22,662 nt of DNA from an uncultured Deinococcales bacterium. Its GTDB lineage: Bacteria; Deinococcota; Deinococci; Deinococcales; JAAFIG01. Positions 10,506-21,127 of this stretch are shown here, in pieces (position 1 is the first letter of the stretch; every line of letters starts with the position of its first letter). Where the stretch lies: NCBI GenBank assembly GCA_964244895.1, contig CAXTKV010000068.1, positions 1 to 22,662 on the forward strand, in the 5' to 3' direction. The notes beneath the pieces are model-generated. The model saw nothing but the letters and a program-made list of their open reading frames with translations. It did no database searches and had not been told where the DNA came from. The position numbers and the translations under genes were made by a program.

Positions 10506-12146
10506 ATGACCACTTCCCGAACGCAACGAAGGCTTTCACTTTCCATCATTTTGTGCCTCGCGCTCGCGTCCGGCTGGGCGCAACAAAGCGGCTCGGCGAA
10601 CGTGGCGTGCTCAACAGATCCAGTCCGGTTCTCGAGCGGGCAGGTCTGCGGTACAAAAACGGCGGTCGCGGAACGCGAGGTCAGCGCCTTTTTAGGAATT
10701 CCGTTCGCGGAAACCACGGCGGGTGCAAACCGCTGGAAGCCGCCCGTACCGAAGGCCGCCTGGACGGGCGTGAAACCGGCCACCAGTTACGGCCAGATCT
10801 GCCCGCAGAACCAGAACCTGGAAGGCACGCCCGAGTCGAGCGAGGATTGCCTGTCCGTGAACGTCTGGACGCCCGGCGCGGGTGCAAAACGCCCCGTGCT
10901 GGTCTTCATTCACGGCGGTGCGTTCGTGATCGGTTCCGCGACCGACCCCGCACCGCAAAACCCGACGCAGCGCCTGTACGACGGTTCGTACATCGCCTCG
11001 AGCCAGGACGTGGTGGTGGTGAACTTCAATTACCGGCTGGGCGCGCTGGGCTTCCTGGCGGGCGTGGCGGGATTGAACGGGAACTTCGGGTTCATGGATC
11101 AGCAGCTCGCGCTGGAATGGGTGCGCGACAACATCGGGGCGTTCGGTGGCGACCCGAGCCGCGTGACGATCTCCGGCGAGAGCGCCGGGGCGATGTCGGT
11201 CGGGCTGCACCTGCTGTCCGCGCCGAAAAGCGCGCCGTTGTTCCGCGCAGCCATCATGCAGAGCAACCCGCTCGGGCTGCCGTACAAGAACCTGTCTGAA
11301 GCCAAACGAATCGGGGAAATGTACCTGGTGGCCTCCGGGTGCTGGTTCAAGCTCGATCAGATCGGGTGCCTGCGCGCCAAGTCCACGGCGGAATTGCTGA
11401 AAGCCCAGACCAGCCCCTTGCTGCTCGTGCCGACGCTCGAGTTCGGGCTGTACTCGCTCGTGACCTGGGCTCCGGTGGTGGATGGCACGGTGATCACCGC
11501 GCCGCCGATCGCTGCAGCCGTCGCGGGCGGCATCACCAAGCCGATCATCATCGGCACGAACGAACGCGAGGCCGCACCGTTCATCGCTGGAACGCGCAAC
11601 CCGATCAAGGCGCTCGGTTATCAGACGGCGCTCGCGACCCTGTTTGGGCCGGACAACACCAGTCAGGTGCTGACGGCGTACCCGTTTGACCCGAACAACG
11701 ACAACCGCCAGCGCCTGTCGGATGTCGCCAACGACTCGTTTTTCGTCTGCCCGACCCGGTTCCTGGCGCGCAACGCCAAAGCCCCGGTGTACCTCTACGA
11801 GTTTGCCCACGGCCCGACGCTGAGTCTGTTCCCGGAGATCGCGGCCTGTCAGGGAAAAGCCTGCCACGGTGACGAATTGCCGTTCGCCTTCAACACGCTT
11901 TCCAACCCCGCCTACACCGCCGATGAACGCGGCCTGGGTGAAACCGTGACCGCCTACTGGGGCCGGTTCGTTCGGGATCAGAACCCCAACGCGGACGGCT
12001 CGAGTCCCGTCTGGCCCGCGTATTCGGCATCGGACGAGCAACGCCTGTTGTTCGAGACCAGCGCATCGGTTGGCGCGTCTTCGAACCGTCAGTGCGGCTT
12101 CTGGGACGCGCTGGGCTACGGACGTTTCGGGTTCCGGAAGCGGTGA
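10506..12146 (+). CDS. Secreted type-B carboxylesterase/lipase
   Basis: Signal peptide (ASGWA|QQ), FLGIPFAE, SEDCLSVNVW, FIHGGAF, GESAG nucleophile, CHGDEL. AAGGA RBS before ATG 10506 (alternative ATG at 10452). Confidence 0.92.
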   Translation: MTTSRTQRRLSLSIILCLALASGWAQQSGSANVACSTDPVRFSSGQVCGTKTAVAEREVSAFLGIPFAETTAGANRWKPPVPKAAWTGVKPATSYGQICPQNQNLEGTPESSEDCLSVNVWTPGAGAKRPVLVFIHGGAFVIGSATDPAPQNPTQRLYDGSYIASSQDVVVVNFNYRLGALGFLAGVAGLNGNFGFMDQQLALEWVRDNIGAFGGDPSRVTISGESAGAMSVGLHLLSAPKSAPLFRAAIMQSNPLGLPYKNLSEAKRIGEMYLVASGCWFKLDQIGCLRAKSTAELLKAQTSPLLLVPTLEFGLYSLVTWAPVVDGTVITAPPIAAAVAGGITKPIIIGTNEREAAPFIAGTRNPIKALGYQTALATLFGPDNTSQVLTAYPFDPNNDNRQRLSDVANDSFFVCPTRFLARNAKAPVYLYEFAHGPTLSLFPEIAACQGKACHGDELPFAFNTLSNPAYTADERGLGETVTAYWGRFVRDQNPNADGSSPVWPAYSASDEQRLLFETSASVGASSNRQCGFWDALGYGRFGFRKR

Positions 12147-12156
12147 TATCAAATCC

Positions 12157-12192
12157 GTTTTGATTTGATCTGTATGTTGATCAAATCAAAAC
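12157..12192. repeat. Perfect 14-bp AT-rich inverted repeat (possible terminator or operator)
   Basis: GTTTTGATTTGATC-tgtatgtt-GATCAAATCAAAAC, 10 nt after the esterase stop. Confidence 0.7.
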
Positions 12193-12216
12193 CGCGCTGT
12201 GGCGCTTAGGATGCGA

Positions 12217-12271
12217 ATGAAATCGTCTGGAACTGAAGAGGCGAAGCCGCGCAAGTGAAAGACGATTTCAT
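12217..12271. repeat. Perfect 12-bp inverted repeat enclosing a GGCGAAGCC mini-hairpin
   Basis: ATGAAATCGTCT...AGACGATTTCAT. Confidence 0.65.
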
Positions 12272-12384
12272 ATGAGTCTCGGCGTTCCCCAACCCGGCGA
12301 AGGAAATGCGTCCAGCCCACGTCCGGCGGCTGATGCTGCGGTTCGAGCACCGACGCGGCGTCTCGAGGCGCGCCTAAAATAAGC

Positions 12385-12432
12385 CGACTCCGTCCAGCGC
12401 GGGTATTTGAACGCGCGTGCTGGACGGTGTTT
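12385..12432. repeat. 48-bp palindromic element, copy 6 (overlaps the GT2 stop codon)
   Basis: cgACTCCGTCCAGCGCGG-gtatttgaacgc-GCGTGCTGGACGGTGTTT. Confidence 0.85.
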
Positions 12433-13084
12433 ACGAAGCGCGACGGCGCACGGCGTAACTGAGGATCTGCCAGTACATTCGTACCCGACGCGCAAAACCC
12501 GCCAGGAACCCGATTTTTTCTTCCTTCATGACCTGAGAAACGCCGTCCAGATTGACGTATTTGAGTCGCAGTTTTTCCGCGTTGATCTGATCGGTGATCG
12601 CCAGTTCGATCGCGTACTGGCGCCCCTCGAGCTGCTGCACGCGAGCCAGCGTCGCCCGAGAAATCGCGCGTTGGCCCGACAGAAAAGGGGTCGCGCGGTT
12701 CCCGAAATCGGTCGCGCCGCGCCCGCCGGAAAACAAGCCGACGGTCGTGTCGGCCTCGTTCGTTTCGAGCGGTTCGAGCAGGGCGCGCAGGTGGCTTGCG
12801 CCCAAATTTTTCAGGTCGGCATCCAGCAAAATCAGCGTGTCCGCCTCGATTTCTCGAACGCCCGCCGCGACCGCGCCGCCCTTGCCCCGGTTGTCCGGGT
12901 ACGCGATCACGCTCGCGCCCGCCGCCCGAGCGCGCTCTGCGGTGGCGTCCGTTGAACCGTCCGAGACGACCCAGACCTCGCCGAGCCTGGCCTCGAGCGC
13001 CGCGCGAACCACGTCCGCGACGGTGTCCTGCTCGTTGAAGGCGGGAATCAGAACCGCGATGCGCCCCACTCGAGATTCGGTCAC
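12431..13084 (-). CDS. Glycosyltransferase family 2 (GT-A fold)
   Basis: VLIPAFNE, VVSDGSTD, NRGKGGA, LLDAD (DxD), LSGQRA. TAGACT lies 6 nt before the GTG. Confidence 0.88.
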   Translation of the reverse strand: MTESRVGRIAVLIPAFNEQDTVADVVRAALEARLGEVWVVSDGSTDATAERARAAGASVIAYPDNRGKGGAVAAGVREIEADTLILLDADLKNLGASHLRALLEPLETNEADTTVGLFSGGRGATDFGNRATPFLSGQRAISRATLARVQQLEGRQYAIELAITDQINAEKLRLKYVNLDGVSQVMKEEKIGFLAGFARRVRMYWQILSYAVRRRAS

Positions 13085-13145
13085 GGTCGGAGTCTAACCG
13101 TCCTTTTGCGGCAGGGCGAAATCAATTTCTCGGAAACCTGAGCGC

Positions 13146-13241
13146 TTCATCCACCCAGTCGAAAGATGGTTCATCCACCCAGTCGGAAGATGGTTCATCC
13201 ACCCAACCGGAAGGTGGTTCATCCGCCCAACCGGGAAAGAT
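13146..13241. repeat. Tandem repeat, 4 x 24 bp, derived from the rseP 3' end
   Basis: ttcatccacccagtcgaaagatgg / ttcatccacccagtcggaagatgg / ttcatccacccaaccggaaggtgg / ttcatccgcccaaccgggaaagat. Confidence 0.92.
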
Positions 13242-14295
13242 CCTGGAGCGTCACCAGCCCGATGAACACCAGCACGAACGCGAAGCCGATGAAGTTGATG
13301 AACTCTTCTTGGCCGGGCGCGAAGGGTTTGCGGCGGATCGCCACGATCGTCGAGATCAGGATGCGCCCGCCGTCCAGACCGGGGATCGGCAGCAAATTGA
13401 AAACGCCCAAGCTCAGGTTGATGATCCCCGCCAAGTAGACCAGCACGGCAAACCCCTGCTGGGCGGCGTTGCCGACCGCTTGAGTGGCTCCGACCGGGCC
13501 GGACACGTCCGATGAACCCGAGAAGGTGAAGGTGCTGACGACCCCCTTGCCGAAGGCCTGAATCGTCGCCGGAATGCCACCGATCAGCTCGCTCGAGGCC
13601 ACGCCGAGCGCCTCGAATACACCGACCGGGGCGTAACGCGGTTGCGGTCCGATACCGACACCGAACTTGGGTCGGTCGTTGCCGCGCGGCGTGAATGGCG
13701 ACCAATCGACGGTTTTTTCAGTGCGCTCGATCTTGCTGTTGACGGTGCGTTCCAAGGTGTAGGTGCGCACGCCGTCCTTCTGGAGCGAATCGCGGAACTC
13801 CTCGTACTTACCGATTTTTGCGCCGTTGATGGCGACGATCACGTCGCCGGTGCGGAATCCCTCGCGTTCGGCTGGTGATCCGGGCAGCACGCGCGCCAGG
13901 TACGCTCGGTCGTTGGCGGGCTCGAGCGGTTTGCCCTGCGCGGCCAGCACGCCCGCGACCAGCAGAATCGCCAGGATGATGTTGGAAAGCGGCCCCGCCA
14001 GCAGCACCCAGACCTTGCCCAGGTACGGCAACCGCGCCATGCCGGTGGTCGCTTCGACCAGCGCTCCGTCCGCCCCGGCGCTCGCACCCATACCTTCAAT
14101 TTCAACGTAGCCACCGATGGGCAACGCGCTGATGCGCCATTCCGTGCCGCGCCACGGTCTGCGCCACAGGATCGGCCCCATGCCGATCGAGAACGCCTTG
14201 ACGGGCACGCCCTGCATCCGGGCTGCGCCGTAGTGCGAGAGTTCGTGGACGAACACGGCGATGTTGACGATCACCAACCACAACAGGATGCTCAC
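13219..14295 (-). CDS. rseP: RIP metalloprotease RseP (M50B, PDZ domain)
   Basis: HELSH, FSIGMGP, LPIGGYV, AGPLSN, PDZ segment GSPAEREGFRTGDVIVAING, NLLPIPGLDGG. Follows dxr. Confidence 0.92.
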   Translation of the reverse strand: MSILLWLVIVNIAVFVHELSHYGAARMQGVPVKAFSIGMGPILWRRPWRGTEWRISALPIGGYVEIEGMGASAGADGALVEATTGMARLPYLGKVWVLLAGPLSNIILAILLVAGVLAAQGKPLEPANDRAYLARVLPGSPAEREGFRTGDVIVAINGAKIGKYEEFRDSLQKDGVRTYTLERTVNSKIERTEKTVDWSPFTPRGNDRPKFGVGIGPQPRYAPVGVFEALGVASSELIGGIPATIQAFGKGVVSTFTFSGSSDVSGPVGATQAVGNAAQQGFAVLVYLAGIINLSLGVFNLLPIPGLDGGRILISTIVAIRRKPFAPGQEEFINFIGFAFVLVFIGLVTLQDLSRLGG

Positions 14296-14437
14296 GAGCG
14301 CCCGCCGTTCGAGCTTGAGGATTGTTGACTGCCTCGAGAAGACCGTTCTTGCTCACGAGATCGCACCTGACGGGCTGTTCGCGCTCCAGCACGACATTTT
14401 TTATTTGTGTCCCGCACGGTATCGGTGATTGTCGTGT

Positions 14438-15607
14438 TCATTGTGCCTCCACCAGCTCGAGCGCGCGGGTTCTGGCCCAGGCGTCGGTTTCGGCAATGCT
14501 AGACCAACTGAGCGCGGTTGTCGGTGCTGCATTCAACACTTTCTCGATCAGCGCTGCGATGCCCAGGTAGGACAGCTTTCCGTCCAGAAAGGCTTGCACC
14601 GCGATCTCGTCGGCGGCGTTCAGGGCGACGGGTGCGACCCCGCCCCGGTTTCCAGCCTCGAGCGCGAGCGCCAGGCACGGGAAGCGGTTCAGGTCGGGCG
14701 CGCGCAATTCCAGGGTTCGCGCCAGGGAAATGGGCTCGAGTGGCACGTTCAAGCGCGGCGTGTTGGCCAGCACGCCGTCGGGAATGGCGGGTGCGTCCCC
14801 CAGGGCGCTCAGGATGCCGTACTGGATTGGTAAACGCATGTCCGGCGGCCCGAGTTGCGCCTTGAGCTGCCCGTCGCGGAAGCGCACCAGCGAATGAATG
14901 ATGCTCTGCGGGTGGATCATCACGGCGATCTGGTTCATTTCCAGGCCGTACAGGAACCGCGCCTCGAGGACTTCCAGGCCCTTGTTCATCAAGGTGCTGG
15001 AATCGATCGTGACTTTCTGACCCATGCTCCAGTTCGGGTGTTTGAGCGCCATCTGCGGCGTCACGGCGGACAGGTCTTCGGGGCCATCCCGGAACGGCCC
15101 GCCGGAGGCGGTCAGGATCAGTTCAGCCACGTCTTCCAGGCGTTCCCCGACCAGGCATTGATAGAGCGCGGAATGTTCGGAATCCACGGGCGTGATCCGG
15201 GCGTTCCCGGCGCGGGCCGCTTCCCACATCAGCGGGCCACCGCAGACCATCGCTTCCTTGTTGGCCAGCGCCACGTTGTTGCCCGCCAGAAGTGCGGCCT
15301 TCGTGGGTTCGAGCCCCGCCAGGCCGGGAATTGCGCCGACCACAACGTCGCAAGTAATCGTGGCGATTTCATTGGCATCGTCTGTGACGCGGATTTCAGG
15401 GTGTGAAGAAAGCGCCTCCTGGACGGTGTTAATAACGCTCTGGTCGACGCTGATGATCTCGGGTTGGAATTCCAGCGCTTGCTGAGCGATCAATTCGGCG
15501 TTCTTGCCCGCCGCCAGTCCCACCACCCGCAAGCCGTGCCAGCGCGCCACCTCGAGCGATTGCGTGCCGATGGAACCGGTCGAACCCAGAATGCTGATGC
15601 GCGTCAA
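14438..15607 (-). CDS. dxr: 1-deoxy-D-xylulose 5-phosphate reductoisomerase
   Basis: [56 protein letters not shown]. Likely TTG start at 15607 overlapping the upstream TGA. Confidence 0.96.
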   Translation of the reverse strand: MTRISILGSTGSIGTQSLEVARWHGLRVVGLAAGKNAELIAQQALEFQPEIISVDQSVINTVQEALSSHPEIRVTDDANEIATITCDVVVGAIPGLAGLEPTKAALLAGNNVALANKEAMVCGGPLMWEAARAGNARITPVDSEHSALYQCLVGERLEDVAELILTASGGPFRDGPEDLSAVTPQMALKHPNWSMGQKVTIDSSTLMNKGLEVLEARFLYGLEMNQIAVMIHPQSIIHSLVRFRDGQLKAQLGPPDMRLPIQYGILSALGDAPAIPDGVLANTPRLNVPLEPISLARTLELRAPDLNRFPCLALALEAGNRGGVAPVALNAADEIAVQAFLDGKLSYLGIAALIEKVLNAAPTTALSWSSIAETDAWARTRALELVEAQ

Positions 15608-16713
15608 AGGAGCCCTTTCTCGAGCGCCACCGCCAGGTAGCGCACGGCGATGCCGTAATTCGCGATGCCGTCCGGTACGCGCTGGGATTTCAGGTAGGCA
15701 TCGTACCCCGCGCGCTGAAGGTTGACGATCAGGGCTGGAGGCTGATGGGCGCGCAACGACGCCTCGAGCGCCCGAAGATCCGTCTGCGCCCGAGCGGGAA
15801 GTCGGTTGAGCGCTCGCGTTCGGGCGTCCGCGTCTCGCGGCAGAACGTCCTTCCACCAGCGCAGCGCCACCGCGTAGCGCGCGAACGAATCGTCGGCGCG
15901 CAAGCCCGCGATGGCGGAGGCCACCTCCGCGTCCGATTCCAGCGCGAAACCCGCCACGTGCGAGAGCTCGTGCGCACCGTAGGCCACGACTCCGACGCTG
16001 GTCAGCGCGCCGTCCACGTGCGCCTCGAGCGTCCACGGCGAGATCACGCCGACCGCACCCCCGCCGATCAGCAACAACCCGGCGGGGGTGCGTTTGATGC
16101 CGCGCGGCAGCCTGGGTTTCGCGCCCGTCGTCTCGAGCGTCAACGCGCTGATGGCCTGGGAAACCGACTCGAGCGCCCGCGCCTCGTTCGGTGCGTTGGT
16201 CGGGAGGTCGGTCTGAAGGGTGCGCTCGAAGCGGGCGCGCAGCGCGTCCAGGCTGGCGCTGGTGGGTTTGGCCGTCTCGAGTTCGAGTTGCGCGGAAAGC
16301 GGCACGCGGCGGTAATTTGCGCCCCAACTCAGCACGAACCACGCGCCGATGGCGACCGCCAGCCCCAGGGAACGCCACGCCCAGCGCGCCCACCACGCCC
16401 GGTTGGGAAGCCAGCGCCGCCAACTGACCGCGACCGCGATCGCCCAGAACATCGGTAGGCCGAACAGCGCCGCGCCCGCCAGCGAGAACGGGATTGCGTC
16501 CATCACCGGAACGAGCAGGCTCGAGATCACCGGGTACGCGCCCCTCGAGTACGCGCGCTCGACGGTGCTGCTCGGGATGGGCAAGATAAACCAGGCGAGC
16601 AACACCACCAGCCCGATCAGCGTCCCGATCCGACCCCAACTAAGGCTGGTTCCTCGAGAAGACCGTCCTGCACGCGAATCAGAACTTGCGTCCCGGACGG
16701 TCTTGCGGTTCAT
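15604..16713 (-). CDS. DUF3810-like membrane-anchored putative zinc metalloprotease
   Basis: N-terminal TM segments, [44 protein letters not shown] (HExxH...E), [18 protein letters not shown] 16713 lies 10 nt after the cdsA stop. Confidence 0.75.
   Translation of the reverse strand: MNRKTVRDASSDSRAGRSSRGTSLSWGRIGTLIGLVVLLAWFILPIPSSTVERAYSRGAYPVISSLLVPVMDAIPFSLAGAALFGLPMFWAIAVAVSWRRWLPNRAWWARWAWRSLGLAVAIGAWFVLSWGANYRRVPLSAQLELETAKPTSASLDALRARFERTLQTDLPTNAPNEARALESVSQAISALTLETTGAKPRLPRGIKRTPAGLLLIGGGAVGVISPWTLEAHVDGALTSVGVVAYGAHELSHVAGFALESDAEVASAIAGLRADDSFARYAVALRWWKDVLPRDADARTRALNRLPARAQTDLRALEASLRAHQPPALIVNLQRAGYDAYLKSQRVPDGIANYGIAVRYLAVALEKGLL
16658..16705. repeat. 48-bp palindromic element, copy 7, inside the 5' coding region of the DUF3810-like gene
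   Basis: (CTCGA)GAAGACCGTCCTGCACGC-gaatcagaactt-GCGTCCCGGACGGTCTTg, with compensatory AAGACC/GGTCTT. Confidence 0.8.
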
Positions 16714-16723
16714 GCGCCCGCCA

Positions 16724-17614
16724 TCACGCGCCGGGGCCAAAGACGGAAAACGCCAGAAAGTAAAACGCGACCGGCAGCGTGAACATCAACGAATCCATCC
16801 GATCCAGCAGCCCGCCGTGACCGGGCAAGAAATTCCCGGAATCCTTCGCGCCCAGGCTCCGTTTGATGACGCTTTCGGCCAGGTCGCCCAACTGCGCGGC
16901 GGAGGAGACCAGAATGCTGAAGGTCAGCGCGTCGTAAATATTCACCCCCGGCGGTGCCCAGGCCCTGGACAACTCGACCATGCCGAACACGATCAAAAAC
17001 GACAAGACCAGCCCGCCGAAAGCGCCCTCGACGGTCTTGTTCGGGCTGATTTCCGGCGCGAGCTTGCGCCTGCCCAGGCTCGAGCCGACGAAGTACGCGC
17101 CCGTGTCGCTGGCGTAGGCTCCGACGACCGTGATCAGCAGGTACCAGAAGCCCTGGCGCGCGTCCGGCAGGTAGCGCAACAGCAAGCCGAAGGACAAGAG
17201 CAACGGGATGTACAGCATCCCAAACAAACCGTAAACCATCCGCTCGAGCGCTTTTTCGGCGGGGCGCGTGACCTCGCGCACCAGCATGTGCAACGCAAAA
17301 ATCACCATCACGATCTCGCGCCAGGTCGCACCCGCAATCGGCGCGGGAAGCACCTGCGGTGGCAACGAACCGATCAACAACAGCGCTGCATACGCGTAAA
17401 TCGAACGATCTCCGACGCTCAGACCCTTGTTGCGCAGCATCGTGCGGTACTCGCGCAGCGACCAGACGGCGGCGAAGATCCCCAACGGCAAGAGCGCGTA
17501 CCAGCCGATGTACATCACGACCACCAGACCGCCGAAAGCCAGAATGCCGGAGATGAACCTCTGCGGCAGCGTTTGGAACGCTTCGTTGGCTTTTCGGTCT
17601 GTGGTGGTGGCCAC
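16724..17614 (-). CDS. cdsA: Phosphatidate cytidylyltransferase
   Basis: SDTGAYFVG, KLAPEISPNKTVEG, GDLAESVIKRSLGAKDSGNFLPGHGGLLDRMDS. Confidence 0.95.
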   Translation of the reverse strand: MATTTDRKANEAFQTLPQRFISGILAFGGLVVVMYIGWYALLPLGIFAAVWSLREYRTMLRNKGLSVGDRSIYAYAALLLIGSLPPQVLPAPIAGATWREIVMVIFALHMLVREVTRPAEKALERMVYGLFGMLYIPLLLSFGLLLRYLPDARQGFWYLLITVVGAYASDTGAYFVGSSLGRRKLAPEISPNKTVEGAFGGLVLSFLIVFGMVELSRAWAPPGVNIYDALTFSILVSSAAQLGDLAESVIKRSLGAKDSGNFLPGHGGLLDRMDSLMFTLPVAFYFLAFSVFGPGA

Positions 17615-17655
17615 GCAGGTCCAGTCTATCGGGCTCGAGCGATGCCCGAATGGGC

Positions 17656-18207
17656 TCAGTTGAGGATTTCGGACTCTTTTTGTTCCAGGGTCTCATCGAC
17701 CTTGTTGATGAACTCGTCGGTGATTTTCTGGATTTCGGTCTGACCGCGCTTGGCCTCGTCCTGGCTGGCGGCCTTGTCCTTCTCGAGCTGCTGCACGGCC
17801 TTGATGCCTTCCTGGCGGGCGTTGCGCACGGCCACGCGGGCTTCCTCGGCGTAGCCTTTGGCGTTCTTGACCAAGTCCTTGCGGCGCTCCTCGGTCAACG
17901 ACGGAATCGTGATGTAGAGCGCGTCACCCTTGTTGGACGGGTTGAGCCCCAGGTCGCTGTCGCGGATGGCCTTTTCCAGCGTCCCGAGCGAGCTGCGGTC
18001 GAAAGGCGTGACCACCAGCGTGCGCGCGTCCGGCACGGTGATGTTCGCCAGGGACTGAATGCCCATCTGCGAGCCGTAGTATTCGACGCTGATCTTGTGC
18101 AGCATTCCGGCGTTGGCGCGTCCGGTGCGCAGCACGCTGAGGTTGTGCTCCAGCGCCTCGAGCGCTTTGCCCATGCGGGCGCGCGTGTTGGTGAAAATGT
18201 CTTTCAT
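17656..18207 (-). CDS. frr: Ribosome recycling factor
   Basis: [41 protein letters not shown] and TAGAAT (18226-18231) upstream. Confidence 0.97.
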   Translation of the reverse strand: MKDIFTNTRARMGKALEALEHNLSVLRTGRANAGMLHKISVEYYGSQMGIQSLANITVPDARTLVVTPFDRSSLGTLEKAIRDSDLGLNPSNKGDALYITIPSLTEERRKDLVKNAKGYAEEARVAVRNARQEGIKAVQQLEKDKAASQDEAKRGQTEIQKITDEFINKVDETLEQKESEILN

Positions 18208-18392
18208 GTTTTCCTCCGGTGCGACATTCTATGACAGCGCTTCGTGAGTCGCCAGACCTCGGGTTCGCGGTGCGGCTCGGCGCGAGCCCGGTTTGTACTC
18301 GAGAATCACGTTCTGGACGAGGATTCTCGCGCGCGACCCGATGTGATCGCGCGCGCCCGAGAAACGGGCTCTTTTAGGCCTGGATGCTCGAG

Positions 18393-18437
18393 AAACACCG
18401 TTCAGCACGTGAATCTTGGAATGTGTGCGCGACGGTA

Positions 18438-18440
<3 letters not shown>
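18393..18440. repeat. 48-bp palindromic element, copy 8 (degenerate; overlaps the pyrH stop)
   Basis: (gatgCTCGAG)AAACACCGTTCAGCACGT-gaatcttggaat-GTGTGCGCGACGGTATTa. Confidence 0.75.
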
Positions 18441-20076
<1,636 letters not shown>

Positions 20077-20163
20077 GGGAATCGTGCCTCCAACCTTTTA
20101 TGAACTTGGGGCTCGAGGGAAACCCGAGCCTTACAGATTTGGGCTTGCGCGAACCGCACAGAT

Positions 20164-20925
20164 TTAGGCTTGCGCCTGAGCCACGTCCTGCGTCTCGCGC
20201 ACGACTTCGGCTTCGGCCACGACCTGGTTCGAGACATCCTCGCCACCGCCGCGCGCCTCGACCACCAGATCGCCCAAGCGTGAGGTGATCAACTGGATCG
20301 AACGGATCGCGTCGTCGTTGCCGGGCACGATGTAATCGATCACGTCCGGGTCGGAATCCGTGTCCGCCAGCGCCACGACCGGAATCCCGAGCTTCTGGGC
20401 TTCCTTGACGGCGATGGCTTCCTTGGTTGGGTCGATGATGAAGAGCGCGTCCGGCAAACGCGTCATGTGGCGGATGCCGCCCAGGTAACGGTTTAGGCGC
20501 TCCATCTCTGCTTGCAAAAGAATCCGTTCGGCCTTCGGGCGCGCCATGACCGTGCCATCTTCGAACATGGCTTCGAGTTCCGTCATGCGCTTGATGCGAC
20601 CGCGAATGGTCGTGAAGTTCGTCAGCAAGCCACCCAGCCAGCGCTGGTTGATGAACGGCATCCCGGAGCGCCTGGCTTCGAGCTCCGTGATTTCCTGCGC
20701 CTGCTTTTTCGTACCGACGAACAAAATCACGCCGCCCTTGCCCGCCAGTTCGTTGACGTAATCGAAGCTGCGGTCGAGCTGCTTGAGGGTTTTTTGAAGG
20801 TCAATGATGAAAATACCGTTGCGTTCAGCGAAGATGAAACGCTTCATCTTCGGGTTCCAACGCTTGGTTTCGTGGCCGAAGTGGACTCCAGCCTCGAGCA
20901 ACTGCTTCATGCTCAGGTACGACAC
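20164..20925 (-). CDS. rpsB: 30S ribosomal protein S2
   Basis: [53 protein letters not shown] 20925 follows an AAAGGA RBS. Confidence 0.98.
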   Translation of the reverse strand: MSYLSMKQLLEAGVHFGHETKRWNPKMKRFIFAERNGIFIIDLQKTLKQLDRSFDYVNELAGKGGVILFVGTKKQAQEITELEARRSGMPFINQRWLGGLLTNFTTIRGRIKRMTELEAMFEDGTVMARPKAERILLQAEMERLNRYLGGIRHMTRLPDALFIIDPTKEAIAVKEAQKLGIPVVALADTDSDPDVIDYIVPGNDDAIRSIQLITSRLGDLVVEARGGGEDVSNQVVAEAEVVRETQDVAQAQA

Positions 20926-21076
20926 GGGTTTTCCTTTCGGGGCGTTTGTGCCCCACGGAAGCGTTGTCTGCTGGGATTTGGTCGAGTGAGCGTTCTCGCT
21001 TTGGGGACGCTTCCAGCCCCATTGCACGCTCAGACGCCATGTCTGGAATGCCTCGCGGCAAACCCGAAAAAGTGTA
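20926..21076 (-). promoter_or_regulatory. rpsB promoter (-10 TACACT, 21071-21076) and structured 5' leader of about 140 nt (candidate S2 autoregulatory element)
   Basis: Nested helices TGAGCGT/ACGCTCA and TGGGG/CCCCA, loop-to-downstream pairing GGAAGCGT/ACGCTTCC, and a GGGGC/GCCCC hairpin beside the RBS. Confidence 0.6.
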
Positions 21077-21127
21077 CCTTCAATACGCGTTTTTGGCTAG
21101 GGGAGACCTTGACATTGCGACTCGGGT

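Noticed and set aside
12233..12262. Hammerhead ribozyme (CTGAAGA...GAAA)
   Set aside because: GAAA does not directly follow the GGC-GAA-GCC stem (8 extra nt intervene), and stems I/III with a cleavage triplet could not be built.
13146..13241. Mini-CRISPR interpretation of the 24-bp repeat
   Set aside because: Units are head-to-tail with no unique spacers and derive from the rseP coding end.
15608..16639. N-terminal extension of Dxr (ORF 14438..16639)
   Set aside because: Arg/Gly-rich off-frame read of the DUF3810-like gene. Dxr homology starts at about 15607.
17615..17655. Absence of uppS between frr and cdsA as an anomaly
   Set aside because: To my knowledge frr-cdsA adjacency is the normal arrangement in Deinococcus-like genomes, and no pseudogene trace is visible in the 41-nt gap.
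20926..21027. 34-aa N-terminal extension of RpsB
   Set aside because: It runs through the structured leader. The RBS and homology support GTG 20925.
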